From: Caulobacteraceae bacterium
GTDB lineage: Bacteria > Pseudomonadota > Alphaproteobacteria > Caulobacterales > Caulobacteraceae
Direction of reading: 5' to 3'
Length of the DNA: 64,000 nucleotides
Assembly (NCBI GenBank): GCA_028290905.1
Contig: JAQGIW010000170.1
Span: 17,091 to 81,090 of the forward strand
This document shows positions 18,353-27,591 of this stretch, one piece after another (position 1 is the stretch's first letter; every line of letters begins with the position of its first letter). The notes under the pieces were generated by a model. The model had not been told where the DNA came from. It saw only the letters and a program-made list of their open reading frames with translations, and did not search any database. Position numbers and translations under genes: made by a program.

Positions 18353-19864
18353 TCAGCAGGGGTTGGCCGGGACCCCGACCCTGGCCAGATAGGGGTCGAG
18401 GGCTGAGACTTCTGCCCCCGAGACCACGGCGCCCACGTAGCCGTCCGGCCGGACCAGCACCCAGTCGCCCGGCGAGAGGCCGTAGGCGTCGCGCATATGG
18501 CCGCCATCGTCGATGATGTCCCCATGGGGGCCGACGACGTGGATCCGAAGGCCGGGGCGCGGTGCGATCGCCGACTTGCGGTCCGTTTCATATCCGAGCA
18601 GCGTCCAGTGCGGGCCCTGGAAGAGGTTGAAGAGCCGCGTCGGCTGGCCTGCGGCGCCGCGGACCGGAGCGTCCGGCGCGCGAGCGCCGGCGCGGAGGCC
18701 GTCGCGGCGTTCGGGCTTCTCCAACGCCAACGAGGACTCGAAATAGCCGAGATCGAGCTGGTGGACCTCACGGCCCCGGCGCATCGTCGCCTCCCGGAGT
18801 ATTTTGGTCGAGAGGCCGAGCACGCTGGCGGCGATCGGCCGACGTTCCTCCTCGTAGGTCGCCAGCAGCGCTTCCGGCGCGCCGCCCAGCACCGCGGCCA
18901 GCTTCCAGCCGAGATTGTAGGCGTCCTGCACGCTGGTGTTCATGCCCTGTGCGCCGGTGGCCGAATGGGTATGAGCCGCATCCCCCGCGAGGAAGACGCG
19001 ACCGACCTGGAAGTGATCGGCGAGGCGGGCGCTCGCGGCGTAGGCCGAGGCCCACCGGACCGACCGGATCAGAATGTCGTTCCGACCGGTGCGCGTGGCG
19101 ACCATCTCCCTCAGCGCTTCGACGGAGAGATCGACGTCGCCCTCGAGCGGGACGTTTCCCTGCAACTGGAAAATACCCGTGCCCTTGAGTGGCGCTATCA
19201 CCAGCCACTGGTCCGCTCCAAAGGCGTTGAATTGGTGCCAGACGTCGCTGTCGAGTCCCTCCAGGAAGGTGTCCGCGACGAAGAAGCGAACGCCCAGGCT
19301 CTCGCCGGGGAATCCGACGTCGAGCGCGCCCCGCACGAAGCTGCGGCCGCCGTCCGTGCCTACGAGGTAACGGGCCCTGACGGTCTCCTCGCCGCCCGCG
19401 CCGGCGATGCGGGCGGTCACGCCCTCGCCGTCCTGCTCGAACCCCTTGAGCTCGCGGCCGAACTCGGCGCGGCGTCCCAGCTCGGCCAGACGGTCCCGCA
19501 TCACCGCCTCGGTCAGGAACTGCGGCGACACTATCGCCCCCGCACGGTAGGGCTCGGCTGGCGTAGGAGGTTCCCGCGCCACCCTCCCAGGGAGTTCGTC
19601 CGTGAAGCTCCCGTCGGCGCGATACTGTCGCACCTGCGGGGGGGAGAGCCCGACGACCGAGACGATACGGTCAAGGATGCCCAGGTCCTCGAACACCTCC
19701 TGGCTGCGTGGCTGCGTGCCCTTGCCCCGCGAGCCGGGGAACGGCCCCGCCAGCATGTCGACGAGCCGGAAGTCGACCCCGCGTCGCGCCAGCTCGATGG
19801 CCAGCGTGAGCCCCGCCGGCCCGGCGCCGCAGATCAATACGTCGGTGTTGGAGTCTTGGGGCAT
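18353..19864 (-). CDS. FAD-dependent aromatic-ring monooxygenase (PheA/TfdB type)
   Basis: DVLICGAGPAGL, GRVFLAGDAAH, and a C-terminal thioredoxin-like LVRPDGYVG. The start was placed at ATG 19864 after GAGGA. ATG 19915 and ATG 19882 are alternatives. Confidence 0.85.
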   Translation of the reverse strand: MPQDSNTDVLICGAGPAGLTLAIELARRGVDFRLVDMLAGPFPGSRGKGTQPRSQEVFEDLGILDRIVSVVGLSPPQVRQYRADGSFTDELPGRVAREPPTPAEPYRAGAIVSPQFLTEAVMRDRLAELGRRAEFGRELKGFEQDGEGVTARIAGAGGEETVRARYLVGTDGGRSFVRGALDVGFPGESLGVRFFVADTFLEGLDSDVWHQFNAFGADQWLVIAPLKGTGIFQLQGNVPLEGDVDLSVEALREMVATRTGRNDILIRSVRWASAYAASARLADHFQVGRVFLAGDAAHTHSATGAQGMNTSVQDAYNLGWKLAAVLGGAPEALLATYEEERRPIAASVLGLSTKILREATMRRGREVHQLDLGYFESSLALEKPERRDGLRAGARAPDAPVRGAAGQPTRLFNLFQGPHWTLLGYETDRKSAIAPRPGLRIHVVGPHGDIIDDGGHMRDAYGLSPGDWVLVRPDGYVGAVVSGAEVSALDPYLARVGVPANPC

Positions 19865-19917
19865 GCCCGTCCTCTGATGCATCGTCCGGCCAAAGGGTGA
19901 GGCCGGCTCATTCACTA

Positions 19918-19964
19918 TTATAAGGCGTTATACACATAAAATGCCAACCGCCTAGGCTGTCAAC
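19918..19964 (-). promoter_or_regulatory. promoter/operator cassette, full copy without hairpin, faces monooxygenase
   Basis: On the minus strand: TTGACA (19963-19958), 16 nt, TTTTAT, GTGTATAACGCCTTATAA. Confidence 0.5.
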
Positions 19965-20075
19965 ATCATTCGGTCTCCGGCGCGCGAGCGTTCGGGGGGA
20001 CAAGTCCGGCCATCACGGTTGAAAGGGGAATGTTATGGCTGGACCCCGGCAAGGCCAGTCCACATAATCGTCCAA

Positions 20076-20660
20076 ATGAACCTTGACCTTCGTCAACTCC
20101 AGCACGCCCTGGGCGACCTCGTCGGGATGTTGAACCGGCCACAACCGGGTCTGGCCCTGATGCGCGCAGCGGGCATCTCACTGGATCGGGCCCTTTTCCC
20201 GCTCCTGGGCCGGATCGAACACCGCGGGCCGATCGGCATCGTCGAGCTCGCGGACCTCTCCGGCCGCGACTACACGACCGTCAGCCGGCAAGTCGCAAAA
20301 CTGGAAAGCCTGGGTCTTGCTTCGCGACGCACTGGCGCCGTGGACCGTCGCGTTCGCGAGGTCGTGGTCACGCCGGCGGGACTCGCCATGACGGGCGCGG
20401 TCGATGTGGCGCGCGACAAAATGTTGACGGCCGTTCTCGCGACGTGGAGCCCCCAGGAAATTCGTGAATTGGCGCGGCTCTCTCGAAAATTGATCGACGC
20501 GATCGCCGCGGCAGAGCCCTACGATCAGCTTATGACGCAAGAACCTCACCCTTCATCTGGCGAGGCTGCCATACCTGCTGACTCTGGCACGCGGGCCGTC
20601 ACGAAGGCGAAGTCGTTGAATCCTACGTCACCAAGACACGCGGCAAGGTCGCGGCGCTGA
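20076..20660 (+). CDS. MarR-family transcriptional regulator (3' end runs into an IS remnant)
   Basis: Winged-helix core IVELADLSGRDYTTVSRQVAKLESLGLASRR...DRRVREVVVTPAG. The last ~26 codons overlap the IS6-like fragment in another frame. Confidence 0.8.
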   Translation: MNLDLRQLQHALGDLVGMLNRPQPGLALMRAAGISLDRALFPLLGRIEHRGPIGIVELADLSGRDYTTVSRQVAKLESLGLASRRTGAVDRRVREVVVTPAGLAMTGAVDVARDKMLTAVLATWSPQEIRELARLSRKLIDAIAAAEPYDQLMTQEPHPSSGEAAIPADSGTRAVTKAKSLNPTSPRHAARSRR

Positions 20661-20706
20661 AGTTTATCGAGGCGGCGATGAAGCAGCTTGGCTGGCCGAG
20701 CGGGCT
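20582..20706 (+). mobile_element. IS6-family transposase fragment (about 41 codons)
   Basis: Translates to LWHAGRHEGEVVESYVTKTRGKVAALKFIEAAMKQLGWPSG. This matches the conserved YLWRAVDHEGEVLESYVTKTRDK.AALKF block of IS6-family transposases. Confidence 0.55.
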
Positions 20707-22228
20707 ACAGCCCCAGCTTCTGCGCCAGGCCGATGCGCTGCAGCTTGCCGGTGGGGCCTTTTGGGATCTCGTCGAGGAAGATGACCTTGCGCGGAACCTT
20801 GAAGTGGGCCAGGCGTCCGGCGACGTAGTCGCGCAGGTCGCGCTCGGCCACGCTGTGGCCGTCGCGCAGAACGACGGCCGCGCCCACCTCCTCGCCCAGC
20901 TTATCGTGGGGAATGGCGAAGGTGACCACCTGCAGCACGGCGGGGTGGTCCATCAGCACCTCGTCGACTTCCCGGGGCGAGATCTTCTCGCCGCCGCGGT
21001 CGATGATCTCCTTCAGCCGCCCGGTGATGGTTAAAAAGCCGTCCGCGTCCATCGCTCCCTGGTCGCCGGTGCGAAACCAGCCGTGGGCGAAGGCTTCGGC
21101 GTTGGCCTTCGGGTTGTTCTCATAGCCCAAGGTCACGTTGTCGCCCCGGATGACGATCTCGCCGATCCGGCCCTGGGGCAGAATCTGGCCAGCGTCGTCC
21201 ATGATCGCCACATCGGGCCCCGAGGCCACGCCGACGGTTCCAGGCTTGCGCTCGCCAGGCGCAAGCAGGTTGCTGGTCATCTGGTGGGCTGCCTCGGTCA
21301 TGCCGTAGCTCTCGATCACCCGCGTCCCGAAGGTCGCCTCCAGCTCGGCCAGCACCCGCGCCGGCAGCGACGACGAGGACGAGCGGATGAAGCGCAGCGG
21401 GCTGGCTGCGATGACCTCCGGGTTATGGCCGGCGCGGGCCAGGATGGCCTGATGCATGGTGGGCACCGCCGTGTACCACGTGGGCCTCGCCTCGCTGACC
21501 CAGCCGAAGAACCTCAGCGCGTTGAAGCCAGGGGCGCAGAACACCGAGCCGCCGGCCAGGAGCGGCGCCAGCACGCCGGCGATCAGGCCGTGGATATGGA
21601 AGAGCGGCATGACCACCAACCCCCGGTCGGCCGCGGTCAAGGCGAGCGTGCGGCTGACGTTGCTGGCGCTGGCGCAGACGTTGGCGTGGGTCAGGGGCAC
21701 GATCTTGGGCCGGGAGGTGGTGCCCGAGGTATGCAGCACCAGGGCGACGTCGGACGGAGCGGCCGGCCCGCCGGAAGCCGGCGCGCCGCCTGGCGCGGCG
21801 CCCGCGTCCAGCCGGAAGCGCCCGGCGCCCTTCTCGGGCGTCGCCTCGAGCGCGATCACCGGGATCCCGAGCCTTGCCGCCACCTCCGACGCGGCCGCCG
21901 GCGCGCCGGCCTCGACCACCAGCGCCTTGGCGGCGAGATCGGTCAGATAGAACTCGAGTTCCTCGGCCCGGTACTGCGGATTGAGCGGCGCCGAGGTCGC
22001 GCCCGCGGCGACGCCGAGGAACGCCGCGGCCGTCTCCGGCCCGTTCGGCAAGACGATGGCGACCCGGTCGCCGCGGCCTATGCCGGCCGCGTTCAGGGCG
22101 TTGACAGTCTCGTCCACCTGCTCGCGCAGGCCCTGGTAGGTCAGGGGACCGGCGGACGAGGCCGCGATCGCGACAGCGTCATCCTCGCCCCTGGCGAGAA
22201 GGTCCCAAATGGTCGAGGCGGCGGTCAT
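20705..22228 (-). CDS. AMP-dependent acyl-CoA synthetase/ligase
   Basis: LHTSGTTSRPK AMP-binding motif, GYGMTE-like YGMTEA, 507 aa. The 867-aa ORF in the track is an out-of-gene read-through. Confidence 0.9.
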   Translation of the reverse strand: MTAASTIWDLLARGEDDAVAIAASSAGPLTYQGLREQVDETVNALNAAGIGRGDRVAIVLPNGPETAAAFLGVAAGATSAPLNPQYRAEELEFYLTDLAAKALVVEAGAPAAASEVAARLGIPVIALEATPEKGAGRFRLDAGAAPGGAPASGGPAAPSDVALVLHTSGTTSRPKIVPLTHANVCASASNVSRTLALTAADRGLVVMPLFHIHGLIAGVLAPLLAGGSVFCAPGFNALRFFGWVSEARPTWYTAVPTMHQAILARAGHNPEVIAASPLRFIRSSSSSLPARVLAELEATFGTRVIESYGMTEAAHQMTSNLLAPGERKPGTVGVASGPDVAIMDDAGQILPQGRIGEIVIRGDNVTLGYENNPKANAEAFAHGWFRTGDQGAMDADGFLTITGRLKEIIDRGGEKISPREVDEVLMDHPAVLQVVTFAIPHDKLGEEVGAAVVLRDGHSVAERDLRDYVAGRLAHFKVPRKVIFLDEIPKGPTGKLQRIGLAQKLGL

Positions 22229-22254
22229 CGGCGTTTCACGAGGGGAGGGTTCCT

Positions 22255-23259
22255 TCAGCTGCGGCGCTGGATCGCCAGGCGGCCATCGTCGCCGAGCGTC
22301 CTGGCGAGCAGGCTGGCGCAAGCGTAGACGGCGTCGATCGCGGGGGTCGGCGTTTCGGTCAGCCGGGCGAGCTCGACCACCGATCCGACCAGGGTCTCGA
22401 GTTCCAGCGGCCGCCCGCTCTCCACGTCCTGCAGCATGCTGGTCTTGTGGGCGCCGACCGCTTCGGCGCCGGCGATGCGCTTCTCGATCGAGAGGCGTAC
22501 GCGCACGCCGAGCTTCTCGGCCACCGCCTGGGCCTCGGCCATCATCGCGGCCGCCAGCGCCCGCGTGGGGGGGAAGCGGCAGATGTCGACCAGCGTCGCG
22601 TGGGTCAACGCGCTCACCGGATTGAACACCACATTGCCCCAGAGCTTCAGCCAGATCTCGGCGCGGATGTCGCTGGAGACCGGCGCCTTCAGCCCGCTCC
22701 GGGTCAGCGCCTCGGAGACCGCCCGGACCCGCTCGGACCTGGTTCCGTCCGGTTCGCCGAGCGAGAAGCGGTCGCCTTCGACCACCCTGACCACGCCGGG
22801 GCCGACCAGCTCGGCGGCCGGGTAGACCACGGCGCCGATGACCCGTTCGGCCGGGATCTTGGCGGCGATGAGCCCGTCGGGATCGGCGATATGCACCGGC
22901 CGGTCCTCGTAAGGCCCGGCCAGCTTGTGGAAGAACCACCAGGGGACCCCGTTCTGCAGCGTCACCACCGCGGTCGTGGGTCCGATGAGGCGCGAGACGC
23001 CCGCGGCCAGCCCCGCGACCTGCTGGGCTTTGACGGCCAGGAAGACGACGTCGTAGTCGCCGGGCTCGCCGATCGGCGCGGCCTTGGCGCTGGCCGCGGT
23101 CCGCTCGGCGCCGTCGGCCTCGATCAGTCTGAAGCCGCCCTGGCGGATCGCCGTGAGGTTGGCGCCGCGGGCGATGAAGGTGACGTCCTGGCCGGCCAGC
23201 GCCAGCCGCGCGCCCAGAAAGCCCCCGATCGCCCCCGCGCCGACCACCGCGATTTTCAT
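22255..23259 (-). CDS. 2-dehydropantoate 2-reductase family (ApbA/PanE-like) oxidoreductase
   Basis: MKIAVVGAGAIGGFLGARLA N-terminus, 334 aa, RBS GGAAGGAAA. Confidence 0.85.
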   Translation of the reverse strand: MKIAVVGAGAIGGFLGARLALAGQDVTFIARGANLTAIRQGGFRLIEADGAERTAASAKAAPIGEPGDYDVVFLAVKAQQVAGLAAGVSRLIGPTTAVVTLQNGVPWWFFHKLAGPYEDRPVHIADPDGLIAAKIPAERVIGAVVYPAAELVGPGVVRVVEGDRFSLGEPDGTRSERVRAVSEALTRSGLKAPVSSDIRAEIWLKLWGNVVFNPVSALTHATLVDICRFPPTRALAAAMMAEAQAVAEKLGVRVRLSIEKRIAGAEAVGAHKTSMLQDVESGRPLELETLVGSVVELARLTETPTPAIDAVYACASLLARTLGDDGRLAIQRRS

Positions 23260-24038
23260 CTTCGGTTTCCTTCCGCGCCATAGACGTTGCGGAGGACGCC
23301 AACGCCATCGATGACCACCTCGATAGTGGCGCCTGGCCGCATCGGCCCGACCCCCAGCGAGGTGCCGCAAGCGACGACGTCGCCGGGTTCCAGCGTCATG
23401 TCCTGAGAGATGCGGCTGACGATCTCGGCGGGGCTGAAGATCATGTCGGAGACGGGGTAGTTCTGACGCTCCCGCCCATTGAGCAGAGTGCGGATGATCA
23501 GTCCCGTTGGATCGACGCCGGTTGCTATCACGGGTCCGAACGCCGCGAAGCCGTCGAAACTCTTGGCCCGGGTCCATTGCTCGAAGCTGGGATCGTCGTG
23601 GATGAGCTCGAAGGCGGTCACATCGTTAACGCAGGTGTAGCCGAAGATCGCAGTCGCCGCTTCGGCTGGTGTCGCCGATTTGATCCTGGCCCCCACCACG
23701 ACACCAAGCTCGCCCTCATACACCACGCGACCGGCGTGATCAGGCGGCCGTGGGATCGCGCGCTCGTGGGCACTGTATGCGTTCGGGGTCTTTATGAAGT
23801 AGAGCGGCGCCCGCGGCTGGGCCCAGCCGTTCTTCGCGGCGGCGGCGCTCAGGTTGTTCCACAGCGCGATGAACTTCGTGGGCTGGCACGGAGTCAGCCA
23901 CCGGGCGCCGTCGAGCGCTGCGCTCTCCCCGGTCGGTGCGGCCGTCCCGAACATGTCACCCTCATGGACCATCAGCCGATCGCCCTCGACCGTCCCGAAG
24001 ACCGTCCGTCCGCCCAAATCGACGCGCGCCCAGTTCAT
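23256..24038 (-). CDS. fumarylacetoacetate hydrolase (FAH) family protein
   Basis: 260 aa with the FAH-fold pattern (YEGELGVVVG ... GTSLGVGP). Its stop overlaps the next start (ATGA). Confidence 0.85.
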   Translation of the reverse strand: MNWARVDLGGRTVFGTVEGDRLMVHEGDMFGTAAPTGESAALDGARWLTPCQPTKFIALWNNLSAAAAKNGWAQPRAPLYFIKTPNAYSAHERAIPRPPDHAGRVVYEGELGVVVGARIKSATPAEAATAIFGYTCVNDVTAFELIHDDPSFEQWTRAKSFDGFAAFGPVIATGVDPTGLIIRTLLNGRERQNYPVSDMIFSPAEIVSRISQDMTLEPGDVVACGTSLGVGPMRPGATIEVVIDGVGVLRNVYGAEGNRR

Positions 24039-24081
24039 GCCTATAAAACTCGGTGTCGTGTTGGTCTGGTACCGGCTGTTT

Positions 24082-25125
24082 CTAGCGGTTCGGCGTGAAC
24101 AGGGCCAACCGTGGTGGGATGGCGAGGCTGGCGTAGCCGACGATCAGCCGGTGCGTCGCCGGATCGATCCCCAGCGTGTGGGCGTTGAAGTGCAGATTGA
24201 TGGAGTCTGCGACGTGATAAGCATTGGCCGCATCCTGGCTTACAACCGATAGCCGACCTGCAAGCCCGGTTACGTAGATCCGGTGTAATTCCGCATCGTA
24301 TGCGACGGAGTCCGGCCCGAAACCAACCGGAACCGTGGCTATGATGCGGTGTAGATTCAGGTCGAATATCGCGAGTTTGGAGCTCAGGCCGCAGGCTATG
24401 AACAGTTTGCGGTTCGCATCGTCAATCGCAACACCCGTCGGAGCGTCACAGCCCTCGAGGGGCCAGCGCTGCACGACCATACGCCTGGCCACGTCCACGG
24501 CGACCAAGGTATTGGTATCCGCGATATTCTGATACATCAACTTAGTTTCTGGATCGAACGCAGCGAATTCTGGACTCCCACCCAGAGAGATTGCGCCAAT
24601 CGACTTCTGGCTGGCCGGATCTATGAGAGTCGCCGCCTTTGCGTCGCCGCTCGCGACGTACAGGAGCTTGTCGGCCGGATCGTAGAACATTGCGTCGGGG
24701 CCCTTGGCCACGGGAATTTGCTTGATCAGCCGCATGCTCTTTGGATCGAATACATCGACTGCGTCCGCCCCTCCTAGCGTGACGAACGCAAGGTGGCTTG
24801 TCGGATCGACGACGACAGCACGCGGCCCGCCGTCCGATGCAAAGACGGACACGTCGGCGGAAGTGGGCATCGCATGCCTGTGCAAGTTCACCCTGTAGAC
24901 GGCGCCGGTGATCGCGTTGGTGACAAACAGGTCGTCACCAACAACGGTCATGTAGTCGAACACATTGAGAAAGCCCGCCTTCATCGGAAGTTCGACGAAT
25001 CCGTCGAATCGAAGGCTACGGGTGTCAGCAGGTCGTCCGGGTATGATCAACACTACGGCGAGGACAACAACTGCCAACAGCAATGCAGCGGCGAACCACC
25101 GGAGCACACGGAACACTATAGCCAT
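24082..25125 (-). CDS. YVTN/YncE-like beta-propeller repeat protein, N-terminal membrane anchor
   Basis: Hydrophobic N-terminus FAAALLLAVVVLAVVLII followed by repeated ~40-aa units of the ...D...LYV/FV... type. Confidence 0.7.
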   Translation of the reverse strand: MAIVFRVLRWFAAALLLAVVVLAVVLIIPGRPADTRSLRFDGFVELPMKAGFLNVFDYMTVVGDDLFVTNAITGAVYRVNLHRHAMPTSADVSVFASDGGPRAVVVDPTSHLAFVTLGGADAVDVFDPKSMRLIKQIPVAKGPDAMFYDPADKLLYVASGDAKAATLIDPASQKSIGAISLGGSPEFAAFDPETKLMYQNIADTNTLVAVDVARRMVVQRWPLEGCDAPTGVAIDDANRKLFIACGLSSKLAIFDLNLHRIIATVPVGFGPDSVAYDAELHRIYVTGLAGRLSVVSQDAANAYHVADSINLHFNAHTLGIDPATHRLIVGYASLAIPPRLALFTPNR

Positions 25126-25159
25126 TTCAGGGGCGCCTTCGTCGCGAGCGTCGACGGTG

Positions 25160-26035
25160 TCAGCGCGCGTAACTCGGAATCGTGACTTCCCTGGGTTCCC
25201 CCGTAAGGGGCCAGCCCGTGGGCACTACGGCCCAAAACGCTGCGCGCTCGGCGGCATAGGTTTCGGGATCCACCATGGTCCGGTCGAGGAACGCCGCCAC
25301 GATGTCCATGCAGGGGTCGATGAGACTCTTGATTCTCCAAACCGCGTGCGAATAGGTCGAGATCACGTGCAGGTCCGAGACGGCGCCGACCGCGCACAGG
25401 GCCTTGTGCATCATGACGCTGGCGACGAAGGGGATCTGGACGTCCTCCGCGCCGTGGAAGATGCATGACGGCGGGAAGTCGTGGCGCACATAGGTCATCG
25501 GGCTGGCAGTGCGGACGTTCCACAGCGGCACCCGCTCCGTTCCAAACATTAACCATGCGGGCGAGTAGCCGAGCTCGAACTGGCCGCCTTGCATTCCGAT
25601 CACAGGTTCAAGCGGGATCACCGCGTTGAGCGGCACCCGACCTAGGTTGTCGGCAGCGGCGGCGCCGTCCGGATCGCCCGCGGCCAAGGCCGCCAGATGC
25701 GCGCCGGCGGAATAGCCCAACGCCGCGATACGATCGGGCTCGATCCCCAGCGCGTCCGCGTTGTCCCGGGTCCACTTGATTGCGGCGCGGGTGTCGCGGA
25801 TCTGGGCCGGCCACGGGTTGGCCGGCATCAGCCGGTAGTCGGCGACCACCGCGGTGAAACCACGCCTGGCCAGCGCCTCGGCGTGCGGCGCGAGATCCGC
25901 GCGTGAACCTACCCGCCATCCACCGCCGTGAAGCATGAGCACAGCGGCCCGCTTGCCGCCGTCATCGGGGTGATAGACGTCCAAAAGCTCTGGCGTCTCG
26001 TCGGGGGCGAAGGCGATACCGGTCTGCGTCTTCAA
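25160..26035 (-). CDS. alpha/beta-hydrolase (esterase/lipase)
   Basis: LMLHGGGW oxyanion motif and GYSAG nucleophile elbow. TTG start 6 nt after AGGAGGAAG. Confidence 0.8.
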   Translation of the reverse strand: MKTQTGIAFAPDETPELLDVYHPDDGGKRAAVLMLHGGGWRVGSRADLAPHAEALARRGFTAVVADYRLMPANPWPAQIRDTRAAIKWTRDNADALGIEPDRIAALGYSAGAHLAALAAGDPDGAAAADNLGRVPLNAVIPLEPVIGMQGGQFELGYSPAWLMFGTERVPLWNVRTASPMTYVRHDFPPSCIFHGAEDVQIPFVASVMMHKALCAVGAVSDLHVISTYSHAVWRIKSLIDPCMDIVAAFLDRTMVDPETYAAERAAFWAVVPTGWPLTGEPREVTIPSYAR

Positions 26036-26055
26036 AGGGGCTTCCTCCTAGCTAA

Positions 26056-26102
26056 TTATAATGCATTATACACATAATATCCTGGCGATTTCGGCTGTCA
26101 AT
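26056..26102 (-). promoter_or_regulatory. promoter/operator cassette, full copy, faces hydrolase operon
   Basis: On the minus strand: TTGACA (26101-26096), 16 nt, TATTAT, GTGTATAATGCATTATAA. Contains the perfect palindrome TATAATGCATTATA (26057-26070). Confidence 0.55.
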
Positions 26103-26115
26103 GGCTCCAGCGGCA

Positions 26116-26187
26116 TTGACAGCACCGCCATTAATATGTGTATAATGTCATATAATGAACGACGGCAGTGGTTTGCCGTCGAAAAGG
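26116..26187 (+). promoter_or_regulatory. promoter/operator/5'-hairpin cassette, full copy, faces beta-propeller gene
   Basis: TTGACA 26116-26121, TAATAT 26132-26137 (spacer only 10 nt here), GTGTATAATGTCATATAA, perfect hairpin CGACGGCA/TGCCGTCG 26160-26181, then GAAAAG. Confidence 0.55.
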
Positions 26188-26200
26188 GGGACCCAAGGGG

Positions 26201-27265
26201 ATGAGCGCGCGCGGTTCGATCCGACGTCGTGTAGCGGTCAGGGGCGCAGCGGTCGCGCTGTTGGGCTGCCTCGTCTCCGCCACCGCCGCTTCAGCGTCCT
26301 CGGGAGACCAATCCCGCACGCCCGGAACCTATCGGATCGTCGATAGCATCCCCGCTCCGAACGCCCTTTGGGACCTCGCCTCGGTCAACCCGCAACGTCA
26401 CCGCCTCTATGTCGGCCGGGTCGGCGGCGTACTGGCCGTGGACCTGCGGACGCGCGCCATCTCGCCGGCTTTCGTGCCCAGTGGGATGGTGCACGGCGCC
26501 CTGCCTCTCGGCGACAGCGGCAGGGCCGTCGCAACCAACGGGCTAGCCGCCACGGCCGTGATCTTCGACGAGACCACCGGCCGCGTGCTCTCGACCATTC
26601 CCACGGGCGAGGACCCGGACGCCATCGTCGTTGAACCCCGGTCGGGCCTCGTCGTCATCACCGACGAAAAGGGCGAGGATCTCACGCTCATCGATCCGGC
26701 GGCTGGGGTCGCCGTGGGCTCGATTCCCCTCGGAGGCGCGCCCGACTTTCCAGCCGTCGACGGCCGGGGCCTCGTCTACGTCAACATCAACAGCAAGAAT
26801 GAGATCGCGGTGGTGGACGTCGCGGCACGCGCCATATTGAGGCGTATGGCGTTGCCGGGATGTGAAGGCCCCACCGGTCTCGCCTACGATGCGGCCGATC
26901 GCCTGCTCCTGTCCGTGTGCGAAAACGGCGCCGTTCTGTTCCTGGACGCTGAGACGGGGCGGGTTCTGCAATCGTTTCATGTCGGCGCCGCCCCCGACGC
27001 AGCGCTGTTCGACGCGGCTCGCCGTCGTGCGTTCGTGCCGAGCGGGGCCGATGGCGTGCTGACGATCTTCTCCGTGCGTGGCCGAGAGCGCATCACGATC
27101 CGCCAACGGCTGGTCACCCAGGTCGGAGTCCGGCTCGGCGCGCTGGATCCGCTCACGGGACGCCTCTATCTGCCGGCGGCGCAGATCATCCCGCCCAAGG
27201 CGCCAGGCCAAATGAAGTCGCTCGTCCCGAACACGTTCAGAATTCTGGTTGTGGCGCCTGACTGA
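26201..27265 (+). CDS. YVTN/YncE-like beta-propeller repeat protein, secreted
   Basis: Signal peptide AVALLGCLVSATAASASS. Repeats resemble the paralog at 24082-25125. ATG 26201 follows AAGGGG. Confidence 0.7.
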   Translation: MSARGSIRRRVAVRGAAVALLGCLVSATAASASSGDQSRTPGTYRIVDSIPAPNALWDLASVNPQRHRLYVGRVGGVLAVDLRTRAISPAFVPSGMVHGALPLGDSGRAVATNGLAATAVIFDETTGRVLSTIPTGEDPDAIVVEPRSGLVVITDEKGEDLTLIDPAAGVAVGSIPLGGAPDFPAVDGRGLVYVNINSKNEIAVVDVAARAILRRMALPGCEGPTGLAYDAADRLLLSVCENGAVLFLDAETGRVLQSFHVGAAPDAALFDAARRRAFVPSGADGVLTIFSVRGRERITIRQRLVTQVGVRLGALDPLTGRLYLPAAQIIPPKAPGQMKSLVPNTFRILVVAPD

Positions 27266-27288
27266 CCCAGATCTGCTCAGACAGCACC

Positions 27289-27365
27289 GGCGTTCACGTG
27301 CCGTGCGATAAGGCCTTGGCCATCTCGTACGCCCGATCGGTCTCGGGACCCGGGGTCGCGACCCC
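27289..27365 (-). pseudogene. 76-nt fragment duplicating the 3' end of the esterase gene at 29652-30533
   Basis: GGCGTTCACGTGCCGTGCGATAAGGCCTTGGCCATCTCGTACGCCCGATCGGTCTCGGGACCCGGGGTCGCGACCC aligns with 29655-29731 with a few mismatches. Confidence 0.65.
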
Positions 27366-27591
27366 GGGCGCTTCGCGACGTCTGACCGGCGGCTTCTGAG
27401 CCGTTCACCGCGTTCCTCGCAAATCTTTGGATGGTCCGCGGTCAGGGAGAAATATCCGCATGGCTCGTTAACTCCAGCACCATCCGCACCGCCCGCTCCA
27501 GGCCGCCCGCGAGCGCGACGCCGAGGTCTTGGCCGCCTGACGCGCGACGCGCAGGCGGGGACTTCCCAAGCCCATCCGGGAGACTCCACAG

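Noticed and set aside
20705-23308. 867-aa ORF suggesting a giant fusion protein.
   Set aside because: Only the C-terminal 507 aa (from ATG 22228) look like a protein, the AMP-ligase. The N-terminal part is an alternative frame running across the 2-dehydropantoate-reductase-like gene (22255-23259), which has its own RBS and clear homology.
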